Shown in pieces: positions 1 through 10,396 of a DNA stretch of 64,000 bases. Under the pieces are notes generated by a model, which saw only the letters and a list, made by a program, of their open reading frames with translations, did not search any database and was not told the DNA's origin. The position numbers were made by a program, and so were the translations under genes. Positions within the stretch are counted from its first letter, which is position 1. Each line of letters begins with the position of its first letter. The stretch is from an uncultured Chloroflexia bacterium (GTDB lineage: Bacteria > Chloroflexota > Anaerolineae > B4-G1 > SLSP01): positions 86,707-150,706 of the forward strand of contig CAVVUS010000013.1 in assembly GCA_963751345.1 (NCBI GenBank), given 5' to 3'.

Positions 1-141
1 CCACCGGGCGTCGCGCCCGGCGACGCCACGATGACGGCAGGCGTCTATTGGCTCGACTCCCTGGAGCGATGGCCGGTCACCGGCGGGCCGCAGCTCGGTG
101 CGACGGAGGTCGGGCTGGCAAATGTCACGATAGGGCGGTGA
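1..141 (+). CDS. 3' end of a membrane glycosyltransferase-associated protein (partial)
   Basis: Frame 1 reads PPGVAPGDATMTAGVYWLDSLERWPV...IGR*, resembling the C-terminus of the 3360-5832 protein (TGAYWLDTMARWRV...PGR*). Confidence 0.6.
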   Translation, partial: PPGVAPGDATMTAGVYWLDSLERWPVTGGPQLGATEVGLANVTIGR

Positions 142-270
142 GGGCTGGCTGAACCGGCGCGCATACCCGGACACCAAAGATGGCGTCCCGTCGAGGGTCT
201 ACGGCGACAGGAGGCCCGTGTGATTGTATGGCACGTCGATTGCCGGCCTCGTCCTATGCCAAACACAAGC

Positions 271-310
271 CGTGAAATCCGTGCAATCGGCTGAATCCGT
301 GATTCAGACA
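271..310. repeat. Short bipartite dispersed repeat, copy 1
   Basis: GAAATCCGTGCAATCG and AATCCGTGATTCAGACA both recur at 12455-12509. Confidence 0.7.
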
Positions 311-313
311 CCC

Positions 314-1895
314 TTGCGAAGGTTTCCGCACCTTCGCAAGGGTCACTTGCACCGCCTGGCCATCGTCGCCATCCTGCTGCTGGCAGCGGCGCTGCGCTTC
401 ATCGGTCTGGAGCGCACGCCGCCTCCCTTCAACGTCGACGAGGCACTCCACGCCTACGAGGCCTACGCCATCCTGCGCACGGGGCACGACGAGTGGGGCC
501 AGCCCTGGCCGATCACCTTCCGCGCCTTCAACGACTACCGGCGCCCCGCCACCATCTACAGCGCCGTGCCTTTCGTTGCCATCTACGGCCTGACGATCAC
601 GGCCATCCGTTCGATGGCGGCATTCTGGGGATGGCTCTCGATCGTGCTGGTATATCGCCTGGCAAGCGATCTCTTCGACCGCCGCGTTGGGGTAGCGGCG
701 GCGCTGATGCTCACGCTCTCCTCGTGGCACGTCGGCTTCTCGAGGCTTGGCGTCGAGGCCTCCGGGCCGCTGCTGCCTACCATCATCGGCGGCCTGGTCC
801 TGGCGTGGCGGTGGTATAGAACACGCCGTCCCGTGCTCTTGCTGGGCGCCGGACTGGTCTTCGGTCTATCGCTCTACACCTATACGGTCGCGCAGGCCCT
901 CACCCCGCTGCTGGTGGTAGCGATTGGCTTGATCTTCTTCAGCGCCCTCCGGAAGAGCCCACAATGGGGCGCAGCCGCCATCGCGGTCGTCGTCGTGGTC
1001 GCCGTCCCGCTGGCGGTCGCCATCGTCACCAACCCCGTGACCTGGAACCGGCTCAACGCCATTTCCGTTATGGCCGACCCCCAGGCGAACGGCGGCTGGT
1101 TGGCGGTGCGGCAGTGGCTGGGCCACTTCTCGCCGCAGTACCTCTTCCTGACCGGGGATGCCTCGCCGATCCACCATATTCAGGGTTACGGTCAGCTCTA
1201 TTGGATCGAGGCGCTGCTGGTGCCGCTGGGGCTGGTGAACGCTTTCCGCGCGCGGCGCGATCGTCGGGCCGGATTGCTGCTGTTGGCGTGGCTCGCCGTG
1301 AGCGCGGTGCCGCCCGCCCTGACGCGCCAGGATATGGGGTCGCCGAACTCGATGCGGGGCATCGCCGGCGTGGGCGCGTGGGCCGTGCTGTCGGGCTTGG
1401 GGCTGGCCCTGGTGGTGCAGCGGCCTTGGCGACACGTGCGGCTTCGCGCCGTCCTGTCGGGACTCGTTGTGGGAACGCTGTTGTGGAACGCGGGGATGGT
1501 GCTGCACGCCTATTTCACGGTCTACCCGATCCAGTCCGCACGCGCCTATGAATACGGCATCCGCGAGGCGATGGACTACGTGATGGCGCACGAGGACGAA
1601 GTCGACACGATCGTCCTCACCGACTGGATCAGCCAGCCGCACATCTTCGCCGTCTTCTTCGAACGCTACGATCCGGCTGCCTTCCAGGCAACTCACGCGC
1701 CCTACGGTGACAGGCTCTCGGAGAAACTCACGGCGTGGGGCGACAAGTACAGGACGGGCAACGCCGAGGAGCTCTACGAGGAGCTCGACCACGGTCTCTT
1801 CGTCGTGCGGCCTCACATGCTCACGGACGTCATACCCGAACGTGGTCATCCTCCATCCGGACGGCACGCCGGCGTTCAAGGTGATTCGCAAGTAG
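314..1895 (+). CDS. GT-C (PMT/ArnT-like, GT39-type) membrane glycosyltransferase; frameshift near 1835
   Basis: LRF..L...PP.FNVDEALHAYEAY motif and many TM helices; the true C-terminus (VVILHPDGTPAFKVIRK*) is in the alternative frame ending at 1895; start uncertain. Confidence 0.8.
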
Positions 1896-2031
1896 ACGAC
1901 GGCCGTTACCTTCTGGGCTGCTATGCGGTGATGCCCACGCCCTAAGGTCACACCTGGGCAACCCGGAAGGTCCCGCGCCGGGTAGGCAGTCGCGATCGAG
2001 GCCCTTCGCTAGTATGCCCATGGCCTTCAGG

Positions 2032-2037
2032 TATAAT
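2032..2037 (+). promoter_or_regulatory. Putative -10 box for the 2087 gene
   Basis: Perfect TATAAT 50 bp upstream of the ATG, with GGAGG RBS at 2072; no clear -35. Confidence 0.5.
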
Positions 2038-2086
2038 GTCGCCAAGGGGGCACGCCCCCAAACACCTTGACGGAGGATCACCACCC

Positions 2087-3352
2087 ATGCACAGGAGCGT
2101 AGTCTCAGCTATCCTCATAGCTCTGCTCACGATCATCGCCCTTTCGGCCGGCGGCACGACACTGGCCCAGCCGGTCGACGGCCCAGCCACCATGATCGAC
2201 CCGGATCCCGGTACCAACGGCGGCGTCGCCATCCACTCGACCGGCGCCACGAATCTGCTCACCAACGGCGATATGGACCAGCTCGGCTTCTACTTCAGGC
2301 CAAAGAACCACTACGTCGCCGGGATGTGGTTCGAGTGGTGGGCGGATTACACCGCCATCCCCGAGTACATCGACGGCGGCATCTCGTACCACAACCAGTG
2401 CTATCCGGTGCCGGTGGATGGCCACTGTCACAACAGCACCGTGGGCGCGCCCAACAATAGCTCGCAGGGCTACATCCGCTGGGGAGGCCTGTTCGCCGCG
2501 GGTATCTACCAGCCGGTGCACAACGTGATACCGTGCACGCTCTACACTTTCGAGATCTACAACCGCAACGACACGGCAAACTACCACGCCAAGGTCGCCA
2601 TCGACCGGGCCGGTTGGATCATCACCCAGCCCAGCGGCAATCCTCTGGAGAACTGCCCTCCCGATGGCGCCTCTCCCTGTCCCGATCCCTACGTGGCAAG
2701 CTTCCCGAGTACCACGGTATGGTCTGCCGAGTCCCACCAGCCCGCGCTGACCTGGGCGCCCATCAGCGTGACGGCGGAGGCTGCCGCCACGACCATTTCG
2801 GTTTGGACCTACGCCCGTCCCGACTCCGGCCCCTCGCAGTCGGCCTACTGGGACTACGGGTCGCTCGTCCAGACGCCATTCCCTGATGCCACGCTCCCTG
2901 CGCCGGCCTCGTGGTATCCGTCGGACTTCATCTCCAACGTCACGACCCAGGTGAACGGCAACAGTGTCACCATCAACTGGGAGACGGGTGCCGCCGCCCC
3001 TACCCAGGTCTGGTACGCCATCTACGAGCCGGCGGCTGTGGTAACGCCCACCGAGTCGATGACCTACACGACTTACCTCCCGATAGTGGCCGCCTTCCGT
3101 CCCCCTACCCCGACCTACATGACACCGATCGACATCACGTCGACGTCGACGCAGCACCAGGTGGTCATCTCCGGACTGCCCACCGACAAAGCGATCGTCT
3201 TTGCCATCCTCTCACGGCGGCCGGACGGCACGACGTGCGACACGGTGGCCGGTGATCTGATCCAACTGACGCTCTCCACAAACGAGATGATGACCCTCCA
3301 GTCCTCCAAGGCCGCGACACTGCTCCCGGGTCCTGTCGTGCCGGAGCCCTAG
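2087..3352 (+). CDS. Secreted protein: signal peptide, carbohydrate-binding-like domain and FN3-like domain
   Basis: RBS GGAGG; hydrophobic signal peptide; NLLTNGDMD motif; Cys pairs; SVTINWETGAAAPTQVWY FN3-like strand pattern; internal YLPIV motif. Confidence 0.65.
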   Translation: MHRSVVSAILIALLTIIALSAGGTTLAQPVDGPATMIDPDPGTNGGVAIHSTGATNLLTNGDMDQLGFYFRPKNHYVAGMWFEWWADYTAIPEYIDGGISYHNQCYPVPVDGHCHNSTVGAPNNSSQGYIRWGGLFAAGIYQPVHNVIPCTLYTFEIYNRNDTANYHAKVAIDRAGWIITQPSGNPLENCPPDGASPCPDPYVASFPSTTVWSAESHQPALTWAPISVTAEAAATTISVWTYARPDSGPSQSAYWDYGSLVQTPFPDATLPAPASWYPSDFISNVTTQVNGNSVTINWETGAAAPTQVWYAIYEPAAVVTPTESMTYTTYLPIVAAFRPPTPTYMTPIDITSTSTQHQVVISGLPTDKAIVFAILSRRPDGTTCDTVAGDLIQLTLSTNEMMTLQSSKAATLLPGPVVPEP

Positions 3353-3359
3353 CCGTGTG

Positions 3360-5832
3360 ATGGGGGGTCGTATCGCCACAGGACGCCTTGCCGGGGCCGG
3401 CCGGTGGCTGGCCCTGGTCGCTCTGTGGTGTTTCCTCGGCCAGGCCCTGGCGGTCGCCGGTGCGACGTCGATGACGGTCGACGAGGGGCTGCACGTGGCC
3501 AGCGGCTACACGATCTGGCGGACCGGCGACTATCGCCTGATCGAGGAGCATCCGCCGCTGGTGAAACTGTGGCTGGCGATCCCGCTGCTACCGCTGAAGG
3601 ACCTGGCTGACCCGACGACGCTCCCCGCCTGGCAGGAGGCAGCTAAACCGACGACGGAAAGCCTGCCGCTGCTTCAGATGGCGCAGCAATTGCTCTACCC
3701 CCACACGCCGGTCGACGGGTGGCTCTTCCCGGCACGGGCGATGGCCTCACTTCTCGGCGTGCTGCTGCTGGCGGCGCTCTACCGGTGGGCACGCGAGATC
3801 GCGGGCACGTCGGGTGCGCTCTTTGCCGTGGCCCTGGCCGCGTTCGATCCCAACTTGCTGGCCCACAGCGCCGTCGCGACCACGGACATGGGTGCCACAG
3901 CACTGATCCTGCTCTCACTGTGGCAGGGCACGCACTTCCTGAAGCGACCCACGTGGCGGTCCGCCCTGGTCACGGGAGCCCTTCTGGGCTTCGCGCTCGC
4001 CACCAAACTGACCGCACTGCTGCTCGGCCCGGCGCTCGGGCTGGCGGGGCTGATCGCACTGGCGGTCTCCCCGCCCAGGCGCCGCAGGCGGCTCTTCCGC
4101 GGCGGCCTCGCCGTGCTGGCGGCGTGCGCCATCGTCTTCTGGGCCATCTACGGCTTCCAAGTGGGCTTTGTGCCGGGGCTCCCCTTCCCGGTCCCCGCCG
4201 CCGCTCACGCCATCCCGATTCTGCGGCTTCTTGCCCACAGCGAGGGAGGACACCAGGCCTTCCTGCTCGGGGAGAACAGCACCTACGGCTGGCCTGCGTA
4301 TTTTCCGGTCGCATTCCTGCTCAAGACACCCTATAGCCGGCCTGATCGCGATGGCCGTGGGTGTGGGCGGGCTGCTGGCCGGTGCCGTGCGACGGAGACA
4401 GCTCAGCCTCAATGGGCTTCCGGCGGTGTTGTTTGCCGCGGTCTACGTCGTCGCGTCCATCGCAAGTCCCCTCAACATCGGTTACCGCCACCTCCTGCCG
4501 CTGCTGCCGCTGGGCTACCTGGCGGCGGGCGCTGCCCTGGGCCGCCGAAGCCGGTTCCTCCGCCCGGGCTCCCGGTCGCAGGCCTTCGGCCTGCTGCCCA
4601 TCCTGGCGATCGTCTGCGTCCTTGGCCAGGGGAGTGCGACGCTCAGCCGGACGCCGGACCTCATCGCCTTCTTCAATGTCGCCGGCGGCGGCGCCGATCA
4701 GGGGTGGCGCTACTTAGCGGACTCCAACACCGACTGGGGCCAGGGCTACAAGGCACTGGCGCGCTTCCAGAAAGCACAGGGGACCGGCCCGGTGAAGCTC
4801 GCTGCCTTCATCTTCTACGATCCTGCCCTCTACGGCGTCCGCTACACACCACTCCCGCCGCTCGGTGGCGACACGCCCGCACTCTTTCCGTCGCGCTTCG
4901 CGCCACAGCCCGGCGCCTACGTCATCAGCGCCACGCCGCTGGACGGGATCCCCACGGCCGACCCGGAGATGTACGACTGGTTCAGATGGCGCGAGCCCGA
5001 CGCGCGTGTAGCCGGTGCGCTCTTCTATTACGACGTTACGCCGCAGGAAGTCGAGACGGCCTGGGTAGCGGAGTGTACACAGCCCATCGCACCCCTTGAC
5101 AAGGAGGCCATCGAGGCGGGATTCGGCGCGCCTCCGGACCGCGTGCTGGCGTTCGACTGCACCCGCACTTGGGTCCTCCCCGGCAGTGGGCGCGATCCTG
5201 GGGCCACCGTGGTTCACGGAGCGTTGCTGGACGACACGTTGCGAGCCCGGCTGCATCTGACCGCTCCCCAGGCGACCGAGCCCTTCCTGGCGCGGCGGCT
5301 CGGCGAGACACAGATCACCTATCGCCAGCGGGCCTATCGCTTCGACCCGGCGTTCGCCATCTTTCGATCCGACAGGGGTGCCCCTGCCCCACCGCAGGTC
5401 ACGGCCCGAACGGGTCGGGCCGATGCTTCCCTGGCCGAGGTCAGCCGGTCGCGGGCCGCGTCGCTGCCGGTCGCGCTGGACGGGCCGCTGGCCTTCCTCG
5501 GCGCCAGAGCCTATCCGGAGGGCGAGACGCTGGAGGTGGAGACGTGGTGGCGCGTGACCTCCGCTCCCACGGACCGCCCCTTCTCAGTCATGGGCCACCT
5601 CCTCGCGTCAGACGGCACCTCGCTCGGCGTGGACGACGGGTTGGGCGTGGCGCCCAACGCTTTGCGGGAGGGGGACTTGCTGATCGAGGTGCACCGGTTT
5701 GCCACACCCCAGGCAGGCTCGACCGTCTGGCTCCGCACCGGAGCCTATTGGCTGGACACGATGGCGCGCTGGCGGGTCAGCGCTCCGGATGGTGCGGACG
5801 CGATCTTCGTGGCGCTAGAGCCGGGCCGGTAG
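3360..5832 (+). CDS. GT-C (PMT/ArnT-like) membrane glycosyltransferase with C-terminal extracellular domain; frameshift near 4330
   Basis: SMTVDEGLHVASGY, EHPPLVKL, DPNLLAHS..TTD, NIGYRHLLP and DSNTDWGQ motifs across ORFs 3357-5099 and 4168-5832. Confidence 0.8.
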
Positions 5833-5884
5833 CCCATGCCCGGAGCCAACTGACAACCGGTAACTGACAACACCCAACTGTCTT

Positions 5885-6427
5885 TCACCACAGCCGCAAC
5901 TGCATCCGCATCTGCAGCCCTGCCTGCTCCAGCTCCAGCAGCACGGCCTTGCGCTCGACCCCGCCGGCGTAGCCGAGAAGCGCCCCGTCCGCGCCGATGA
6001 CACGGTGGCACGGCACGAAGATGGCAACGGGGTTCGCGCCGACAGCCTGCCCGACAGCCTGTGAGGCGTGGGGCGTGTTCAGGAGCGTAGCGATGGTGCC
6101 GTAGGTGGAGGTCTCGGCGTAGCCGATCCCGCGCAGTTGCTCCCATACCCTCTGCTGAAACGGCGTGCCGCGCAGGTCCAGCGGGAGGTCGAAAGTCTCC
6201 CGGCGCCAGTTGAAGTAGGCGAAGAGTTGGGACCTGGCTTCCACGAGCAGGTCGGTGCGCGCGGGGTCGGGGGACGCGACGCCAAAGCGCGCCATCCGGC
6301 GCAGGATCGGGTGCCCCACGCTGTCCCCAAAGCCGGCGCCGCAGAGACCCTGGTCGGTCGCCCACAGCCATACCAATCCAAGGGGCGTTTCGGTGAAGAT
6401 GATGCTGGACGTTGTCAAATCGGCCAT
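5885..6427 (-). CDS. ogt: Methylated-DNA--protein-cysteine methyltransferase
   Basis: GTPFQQRVW and active-site PCHRVIG motifs. Confidence 0.95.
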   Translation of the reverse strand: MADLTTSSIIFTETPLGLVWLWATDQGLCGAGFGDSVGHPILRRMARFGVASPDPARTDLLVEARSQLFAYFNWRRETFDLPLDLRGTPFQQRVWEQLRGIGYAETSTYGTIATLLNTPHASQAVGQAVGANPVAIFVPCHRVIGADGALLGYAGGVERKAVLLELEQAGLQMRMQLRLW

Positions 6428-6443
6428 GGGTCGTCTCTCCTCG

Positions 6444-8231
6444 TCAATCGCCGAACCGCGGGCTGGTGAGCCGCCAGATGTCCGCGAGGTGCTGCGCCTC
6501 GAACGCCGCCCGCTGGGGCCACGCGTCGCGGTTCAGGACCAGCAGACCATAGCGTCCGGGGGCCTCGGGGATCAGCCCATAGGGCTCCCACCCGCGGGCC
6601 AGCGACAGCGACGTGATTCGGACGGCGTCCCCGACGATCGGCGCACCATCCGGGTTGCCGGCCAGCGCAATGTCCACGTCATCCAACAACATCCCCAGCA
6701 GTACGCTGTCCCGCTGTGCCAGGGTATCCTGCCCCAGTGCCAACACGAGCTCGATGGCGACCGGCTCAGGCTCACGCGGCCTCCGAACAAAGTCGGCCAC
6801 GATCCCCAGACGCTCCCCCTCGGCGGGGCTGAAGAGGATGCCCTCCAGGAAGTGCGCCGATGGATCATAGGCCAACTGGTACGCGCGCATGTCATCCATC
6901 AGGCGAAACTCGAGGTTGAGCAGCGTCTCGCTCTCCGGTGTCACCGACGCCTCCCCAAGCCACGCCTGCCAATTGGCCTCCAACGCTGCCGTGTCGGGCA
7001 GGCCCAGCGCAGTCACCATCGCCTGCCATCGCGCCACGTCGTCCCCATCCTTCACGTCCGCAGAAGCAGCGCAGATACGCGGCAGCTCGTCCCACCCGTA
7101 CTGCGACACGATATACTGCACGACCGCGCCGGCCTCCAGATAGCCGACCTCGTGCTGATGGGTGTAGAAATCGTCGACCAGGGCGGACAGGGACACATAG
7201 CGCGGCGACGAGAGCAGCGCGGCTGCCTTCTCTCGCAGCGGTTCGGGCCGGTAATGCCCGCCCGCGACATAGACCGCCAGTCCCTCGCGAAACATCGAGG
7301 GAGCCCCTTCACAGCCGATGCCCTTATCGAGCCGGTGCGTCAACTCGTGTCGCAGCACCGTGCCCAGGGACGTCGGCGAGTACTGTCGATCCACGTAAGA
7401 GATCGCCACCCAGTCCGACGAAGCATATCCCCCCTGACCCAACACGCGGTCCAGAAGGTAGATCTCCACTGCCTCGTCTGCCGGGCCCAGGCGCGCCGAG
7501 ACATCTGCGTAGGCCTGTTGTGCCTGAAGCACAATCTGGTCAAGGTCGCGCGCCGCTGCCGAGTCGGTCAGGTAATGCAGCCGGAACCCCTGCGTCTCGG
7601 TGATCGCCCATGTGGTGTCCGGCTCGGGAGGAGGAAGCGCTGCGCGCGCCAGGAGTGGGACCGTCAGCGCCAGGCGGTTGTTCTCGAGATTGTCATCGAT
7701 GACGTTCTTCGGGAGCTGGAGCGTCAACGTCAGCGCCTCAGTCGTCGCCGTCTCGGGCATCTGCGCAATCCAATAGAAGCGGGCGCGCTCCACGTTATCC
7801 AGTCCGGAAAGCTCGACGTTGGCCGTGAAATCCGTGCCATCACCCAACATCAGCGCCACGGTTGTGTCACCATCGGCACCGGCGAGCACCGGATCCACGT
7901 CCACCGAGAGGAGGTCGCCGGCATAGAGCGGCCAGGGGAAGAGATGGAAACCGGTGGCGGTCAACTGGGGATCGGCCTCAGGTGTCGGCGTAGGCGAGGG
8001 CGACGTCGTGGGCGTGAAGGTGGCTGCGGGCCGGGGGGTAGCGGTTGCTGCAGGTACGGCCGTGGCCGGAGGCACAGTGGCGGAGGCTCTCGGCGTCGAG
8101 GTGCGCGGTGGCGCAGTCGCCGTCCGGAGCGACTCAGGCAGCGAGGGAACTCCGCAGGCGAGGCTCGACGCGAGCAACGCGCAGAGCACCAGACTGAGAA
8201 CGAGCACAGGCCGCCTGGCGAACGGTTTCAC
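6444..8231 (-). CDS. Lipoprotein with peptidase MA-like zincin domain
   Basis: Lipobox SLAC, Pro/Thr linker, HELTH (HExxH) followed by FREGLA. Confidence 0.7.
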   Translation of the reverse strand: MKPFARRPVLVLSLVLCALLASSLACGVPSLPESLRTATAPPRTSTPRASATVPPATAVPAATATPRPAATFTPTTSPSPTPTPEADPQLTATGFHLFPWPLYAGDLLSVDVDPVLAGADGDTTVALMLGDGTDFTANVELSGLDNVERARFYWIAQMPETATTEALTLTLQLPKNVIDDNLENNRLALTVPLLARAALPPPEPDTTWAITETQGFRLHYLTDSAAARDLDQIVLQAQQAYADVSARLGPADEAVEIYLLDRVLGQGGYASSDWVAISYVDRQYSPTSLGTVLRHELTHRLDKGIGCEGAPSMFREGLAVYVAGGHYRPEPLREKAAALLSSPRYVSLSALVDDFYTHQHEVGYLEAGAVVQYIVSQYGWDELPRICAASADVKDGDDVARWQAMVTALGLPDTAALEANWQAWLGEASVTPESETLLNLEFRLMDDMRAYQLAYDPSAHFLEGILFSPAEGERLGIVADFVRRPREPEPVAIELVLALGQDTLAQRDSVLLGMLLDDVDIALAGNPDGAPIVGDAVRITSLSLARGWEPYGLIPEAPGRYGLLVLNRDAWPQRAAFEAQHLADIWRLTSPRFGD

Positions 8232-8245
8232 CTGATGTCAGCCCC

Positions 8246-9616
8246 TCATCGCGACAGAAGGGCGAGAAAGCGGATCATCGTATCGATGCCCCGCGTGAAA
8301 TTCGGCAGGTGCAGCTTCTCGTTGGGGGAATGGAGGCGGTCGTCGGGAAGCCCGAAGCCCATCAGGATGGTCTCAATGCCCAACTCGGCCCGGAACGTGG
8401 CCACGACCGGGATCGAGCCCCCCTCGCGCACGAAGATAGGCTCGACACCGAAGGTCTCGGCATAGGCGTCGAACGCCACCCGCATCGCCGGGCTGTCGCG
8501 GTCCACAATCGCGCCGGCACCGCCATGCAGATTACGGACCTCGATCGAGACCGAGGGCGGGGCGATCTCGTGCAGGTAGGCCGTTGCCAGCCGGGCAATC
8601 TCCTCGGGGTCCTGGTCGGGCACAAGCCGCATCGACAACTTGGCGTGCGCCTTGCCGGGCAGCACGGTCTTGGCTCCCGGCTCCATATATCCCCCCCAGA
8701 TGCCGTTGACGTCCAGCGTCGGCCGCGCCGTGGTCCGCTCGACGATCGTGTACTCCGCCTCGCCCCAGTCGGTCGGGACGCCCGCCTCCGCCAACCACGT
8801 CTCGCGATCGAACGGGATCTTGGCCAACTCGCGCCGCTCGTCGGGCGCCAGATCCCTGACGCTGTCGTAGAAACCGGGGATCGTGATGCGCCCGCCGGCG
8901 TCCTGCAACTGCGCGATCATCCGGCAGAGCGCGTTCAGCGGGTTGTTGACCGCACCACCGTAGATGCCCGAGTGGAGATCGAAGGCCGGCCCGGTCACCT
9001 CGACCTCGAGGTAGGCCAGCCCCCGCAGGGCATAGACGATGCTGGGCATATCCGGTCCCAGGATGTGGGAATCCGAGATGACGGCGACGTCCGCTGCGAG
9101 CAGATCGCGATGGCTCTCCACGAAGGGCGCAAGGCTCGGGCTCCCGATCTCCTCCTCACCCTCGAAGATGCATTTCACATTGACGGGCGGGGTCCCGGTG
9201 GTCGCGTGATAGGCCTCGACCGCCTTCACGTGAATAAACGCCTGGCCTTTGTCGTCCGCTGCACCGCGGGCAAAGAGGCTGTCACCCCGCACCGTTGGCT
9301 CAAAGGGCGGTGAGGTCCACTCCGAGATGGGATCCGGCGGCTGCACGTCGTAGTGGCCGTAGATCAGGACCGTGGGCGCATTGGGCCCCGCGGCCGACCA
9401 CTCGGCGAAGACGATGGGGTGGCCCGGCGTGGCCATCACTTCTGCACGGGGGAAGCCCGCCGCAAGGAGCTGGTCGCGCAGCCAGCGCGCCGCCGTGTTG
9501 ACGTCGCCTGCATGGGCCGGCTGCGCGCTGATGCTCGGGATGCGAAGGAAGGCCTTGAGCTCGTCAAGGAATCGCTCCCCGTGTTCGTGGGCGTAGGTCA
9601 GGGCGTCATCGGTCAT
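8246..9616 (-). CDS. M20 family dipeptidase
   Basis: YGHYDVQP, ARGAADDKGQ, EGEEEIGS, DLHSG and HSPNE motifs. Confidence 0.92.
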   Translation of the reverse strand: MTDDALTYAHEHGERFLDELKAFLRIPSISAQPAHAGDVNTAARWLRDQLLAAGFPRAEVMATPGHPIVFAEWSAAGPNAPTVLIYGHYDVQPPDPISEWTSPPFEPTVRGDSLFARGAADDKGQAFIHVKAVEAYHATTGTPPVNVKCIFEGEEEIGSPSLAPFVESHRDLLAADVAVISDSHILGPDMPSIVYALRGLAYLEVEVTGPAFDLHSGIYGGAVNNPLNALCRMIAQLQDAGGRITIPGFYDSVRDLAPDERRELAKIPFDRETWLAEAGVPTDWGEAEYTIVERTTARPTLDVNGIWGGYMEPGAKTVLPGKAHAKLSMRLVPDQDPEEIARLATAYLHEIAPPSVSIEVRNLHGGAGAIVDRDSPAMRVAFDAYAETFGVEPIFVREGGSIPVVATFRAELGIETILMGFGLPDDRLHSPNEKLHLPNFTRGIDTMIRFLALLSR

Positions 9617-9642
9617 AGGTCACCTGTGTTGGAGAAAGAATG

Positions 9643-9699
9643 AGATCCTTGGGCTTTTTCCTAGGGCGGACCTTGCCAAACCGGCAAGCTCAAAGGTCT
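9643..9699. repeat. Palindromic intergenic repeat, family B, degenerate copy
   Basis: AGATCCTTGGGCTTT ... AAGCTCAAAGGTCT; related to 26476-26535. Confidence 0.6.
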
Positions 9700-9712
9700 T
9701 TCGCGCGCGGCC

Positions 9713-10381
9713 TCAGGCCGCAGGCACAATCGCCTGGGGCGCGTCGTTCGCCGGGCTGTTCACAAACGTCGACACCGGGTAGGCCGTCATCGCCTCCGCC
9801 GGATACGGCACCAGCAGGTCATCCAGCGCGCCGGACCGCACCTCGGTTGGGTCAAGCCAGCGATCGTAGGCCTCGCGCGGCAGGATGACGGGCATGCGAT
9901 TGTGGATCGGCGACACCAGCTCGTTCGGCTGGGTGGTGAGAATCGTGCACGACATCAAGGGAGTATCGTCGGGACGCCAGATCTCCCACAATCCCGCAAA
10001 GGCGAAGGGCTCGCCCGAAGCCAGCCGCACGTACATCGGCGTCTTCGTCCGGCTGCCGGGCTCGCTCCGCCACTCATAGAAACCATCGGCCAAGATCAGG
10101 CAGCGGCGGCGCCGGTACGCGGCCCGGAAGGCCGGCTTCTCGGAGGCCGTCTCCGATCGCGCGTTGATCAGCCGCGCCCCAATCGAGGGATCCTTGGCCC
10201 AGAACGGGACGAGGCCCCAATGGAAGAGATTGACCGTGTTCAGACCGTCGTTCGGAACCGCTGCGACATCCTGCGTCGGAGCGATGTTATACCGGGGCGG
10301 AAGCGCGCCCGGAAACTCAAAGTCGGGAAACGCCTTCAGAAGATCGCCAAACTGCACCCAAAGGGTGAACCGTCCACACAT
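9713..10381 (-). CDS. SOS response-associated peptidase (SRAP/YedK family, abasic-site crosslinking)
   Basis: N-terminal MCGRF, RYNIAPTQ, INARSET, GFYEW and IHNRMPVIL motifs. Confidence 0.95.
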   Translation of the reverse strand: MCGRFTLWVQFGDLLKAFPDFEFPGALPPRYNIAPTQDVAAVPNDGLNTVNLFHWGLVPFWAKDPSIGARLINARSETASEKPAFRAAYRRRRCLILADGFYEWRSEPGSRTKTPMYVRLASGEPFAFAGLWEIWRPDDTPLMSCTILTTQPNELVSPIHNRMPVILPREAYDRWLDPTEVRSGALDDLLVPYPAEAMTAYPVSTFVNSPANDAPQAIVPAA

Positions 10382-10396
10382 CGTACTACCCCCTTT

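Noticed and set aside
5847-5881. AACTGACAAC short repeats between convergent genes
   Set aside because: Only two to three short units; too little to assign a function
6255-8465. 736-aa plus-strand ORF, and similar long antisense ORFs such as 48710-50356, 26615-28009 and 14050-15387
   Set aside because: Shadow ORFs opposite well-supported genes in high-GC DNA, with no recognisable motifs
9713-10381. SRAP gene as a prophage marker
   Set aside because: No integrase, structural or replication phage genes nearby; context is chromosomal
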